Source: Thermoanaerobaculia bacterium (GTDB taxonomy: Bacteria; Acidobacteriota; Thermoanaerobaculia; Multivoradales; UBA5704). Taken from it: DNA of 51,921 bases. The position numbers and the translations under genes are program-made. Numbering within the stretch: position 1 is the stretch's first letter; every line of letters starts with the position of its first letter. Of this stretch, positions 50,899-51,921 are shown one piece after another. The stretch lies in assembly GCA_035462575.1 (NCBI GenBank), contig DATHUD010000178.1, positions 1-51,921 of the forward strand, given 5' to 3'. Below the pieces are notes generated by a model. The model was not told the DNA's origin, made no database searches, and saw only the letters and a program-made list of their open reading frames with translations.

Positions 50899-51630
50899 AT
50901 GCAAGATTCTCGATATGAGCTCGAGAAGCTCGTCACCGTGGAGACCTTCAGCACGCCGTGGGAGGCCCAGCTCGCCCGCGCGCGGCTGGAGACGGAGGGG
51001 ATCCACTCCGTCATCGCGGACGAGAACTTCGTCCGCCTCTACTGTGCCCTCTCGAACGCTCTGGGCGGGGTCAAGCTCCAGGTGCGCAAGGAGGACGCCC
51101 CCCGGGCCGCCGAGCTCCTCCAGGACCGCCATCCGATCCCCGAGATCTATCTGGTGACCGAGGAGGATGCGGCTCAGCCCCGCTGCCCCGGCTGCAAGTC
51201 CGACAACCTCGACTTCGAACGCTGGTCCCGCCTCGGCTTCCTCGGCTCGTTGGTGATCCTGGGGGTGCCGCTGCCGATCCCGCGCCGCCGCTGGATCTGC
51301 CGCAACTGCGGAGCGGACTGGAAGGAAGAGGAGATCCCGCAGGCCGCTTTGGAAGAGGCCGCCTTCTCCGGGCCGAGGCGGGGGGCGCTGATCACGGTCG
51401 CCCGCTTCGTCACCCCGTGGGAGGCGCAGCTCGCGAAGAGTCTCCTCGAATCGGACGGCCTCGAGGCCTGCATCGTCGAGGAGCGCCTGCCGCCCGTGAG
51501 CCTGCTTTCGGCTGAGCCGCTCGCGTTGAATCGCGTCGAGGTCCGGGAGGACGACGCCACCCGGGCGCTCGCGATCCTGGCCGAGCTCGAAACCCTGGAC
51601 GACGACGAGGAGCTTCCCGCCTCCGAGTAG
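50899..51630 (+). CDS. Double DUF2007 (putative signal-transducing, PII-like) protein with a central Cys4 zinc ribbon
   Basis: 243 aa with two copies of the TPWEAQLA...L...G(I/L) module (aa ~12-75 and ~165-230). They flank CPGC...CRNC, which surrounds a hydrophobic stretch LGFLGSLVILGVPLPI. Confidence 0.6.
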   Translation: MQDSRYELEKLVTVETFSTPWEAQLARARLETEGIHSVIADENFVRLYCALSNALGGVKLQVRKEDAPRAAELLQDRHPIPEIYLVTEEDAAQPRCPGCKSDNLDFERWSRLGFLGSLVILGVPLPIPRRRWICRNCGADWKEEEIPQAALEEAAFSGPRRGALITVARFVTPWEAQLAKSLLESDGLEACIVEERLPPVSLLSAEPLALNRVEVREDDATRALAILAELETLDDDEELPASE

Positions 51631-51636
51631 CCGGCG

Positions 51637-51921
51637 TCAGACCTGGCGGGGGGTGGCCAGGCTCTCGCGGGCGGCGGCGGGCTGGGTCTCGCCGTTCTCG
51701 ATCTTCTCCAGCACCTTCTCCTTCGTCTCCGCCTCCAGCTTCTCGGACTTGACCTCCTGGCGCAGCCGCCCGAAGGAGCTCATGTAGACGTTCGCCACCG
51801 CGACCAGGGCGAAGAAGGAGAGCAGGTAGCCCCGCCAGTCGTCGAGGAGCAGGCGGTACCGGGTGAGGATCAGGAAGAAGATCGTCACGTAGTGGCTGAA
51901 GCAGTATTCGCAGGTGAAGAG
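51637..51921 (-). CDS. Membrane protein, DUF1360-like; probably partial (the open frame continues to the window edge)
   Basis: The frame stays open from the TGA at 51637 to 51921, reading LFTCEYCFSHYVTIFFLILTRYRLLLDDWRGYLLSFFALVAVANVY... The track start at 51888 is a GTG lying inside a hydrophobic segment preceded by a CxxCxS motif. Confidence 0.5.
   Translation of the reverse strand, partial: LFTCEYCFSHYVTIFFLILTRYRLLLDDWRGYLLSFFALVAVANVYMSSFGRLRQEVKSEKLEAETKEKVLEKIENGETQPAAARESLATPRQV

Overview
This is a GC-rich bacterial chromosomal window (by eye roughly 70% GC, not computed, with strong G/C at codon position 3). It is probably from a diderm, because an outer-membrane barrel gene is present. 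All calls come from reading the supplied translations and the DNA by eye; no BLAST, HMM or antiSMASH search was possible. The ORF track uses ATG/GTG/TTG first-start ORFs, so many track ORFs carry spurious 5' extensions, which I trimmed where an internal ATG, an SD or a gene junction supported it.

Layout:
- **1-13 kb, phosphate-homeostasis neighbourhood.** It holds the pstB 3' end, phoU, phoR-phoB, ppx and ppk1. Two modules are embedded in it: an arsenic-type module (ArsR, a CxC permease, a thioredoxin-fold protein, DUF2180) and an OlsA/OlsB-like aminolipid acyltransferase pair. A GTCAC/TTCAC motif phased at 11 bp recurs upstream of several of these operons and is a candidate Pho box.
- **13-20 kb.** It holds a YcaQ-like DNA glycosylase, a TPR regulator, an orphan small secreted peptide with its own terminator, and a glycosidase/GT4/UDP-galactopyranose mutase operon behind a sigma-54-like promoter.
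- **20-48.2 kb, the most interesting part.** This is a compact four-gene minus-strand NRPS cluster.
  - Domain order is FAAL-ACP-(C-A-T)x4 | (C-A-T)x2-Cy-A-T-LLM, followed by a kynurenine-3-monooxygenase-like gene and a free-tryptophan-type flavin halogenase.
  - Hand-derived A-domain codes predict acyl-Ala-Val-Glu-Val-Gln-X-Cys(thiazoline), where X is loaded by a Lys2 (aminoadipate reductase)-type A domain.
  - There is no TE or R release domain. The line ends in a luciferase-like monooxygenase domain.
- **48-52 kb.** It holds a CBM9/DUF5916-like outer-membrane protein, a 59-aa membrane ORF missing from the track, a double-DUF2007 protein and a partial membrane protein.

I recognised no tRNA, rRNA, CRISPR array, transposase or integrase. 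The many very long alternative-frame ORFs are high-GC artefacts.
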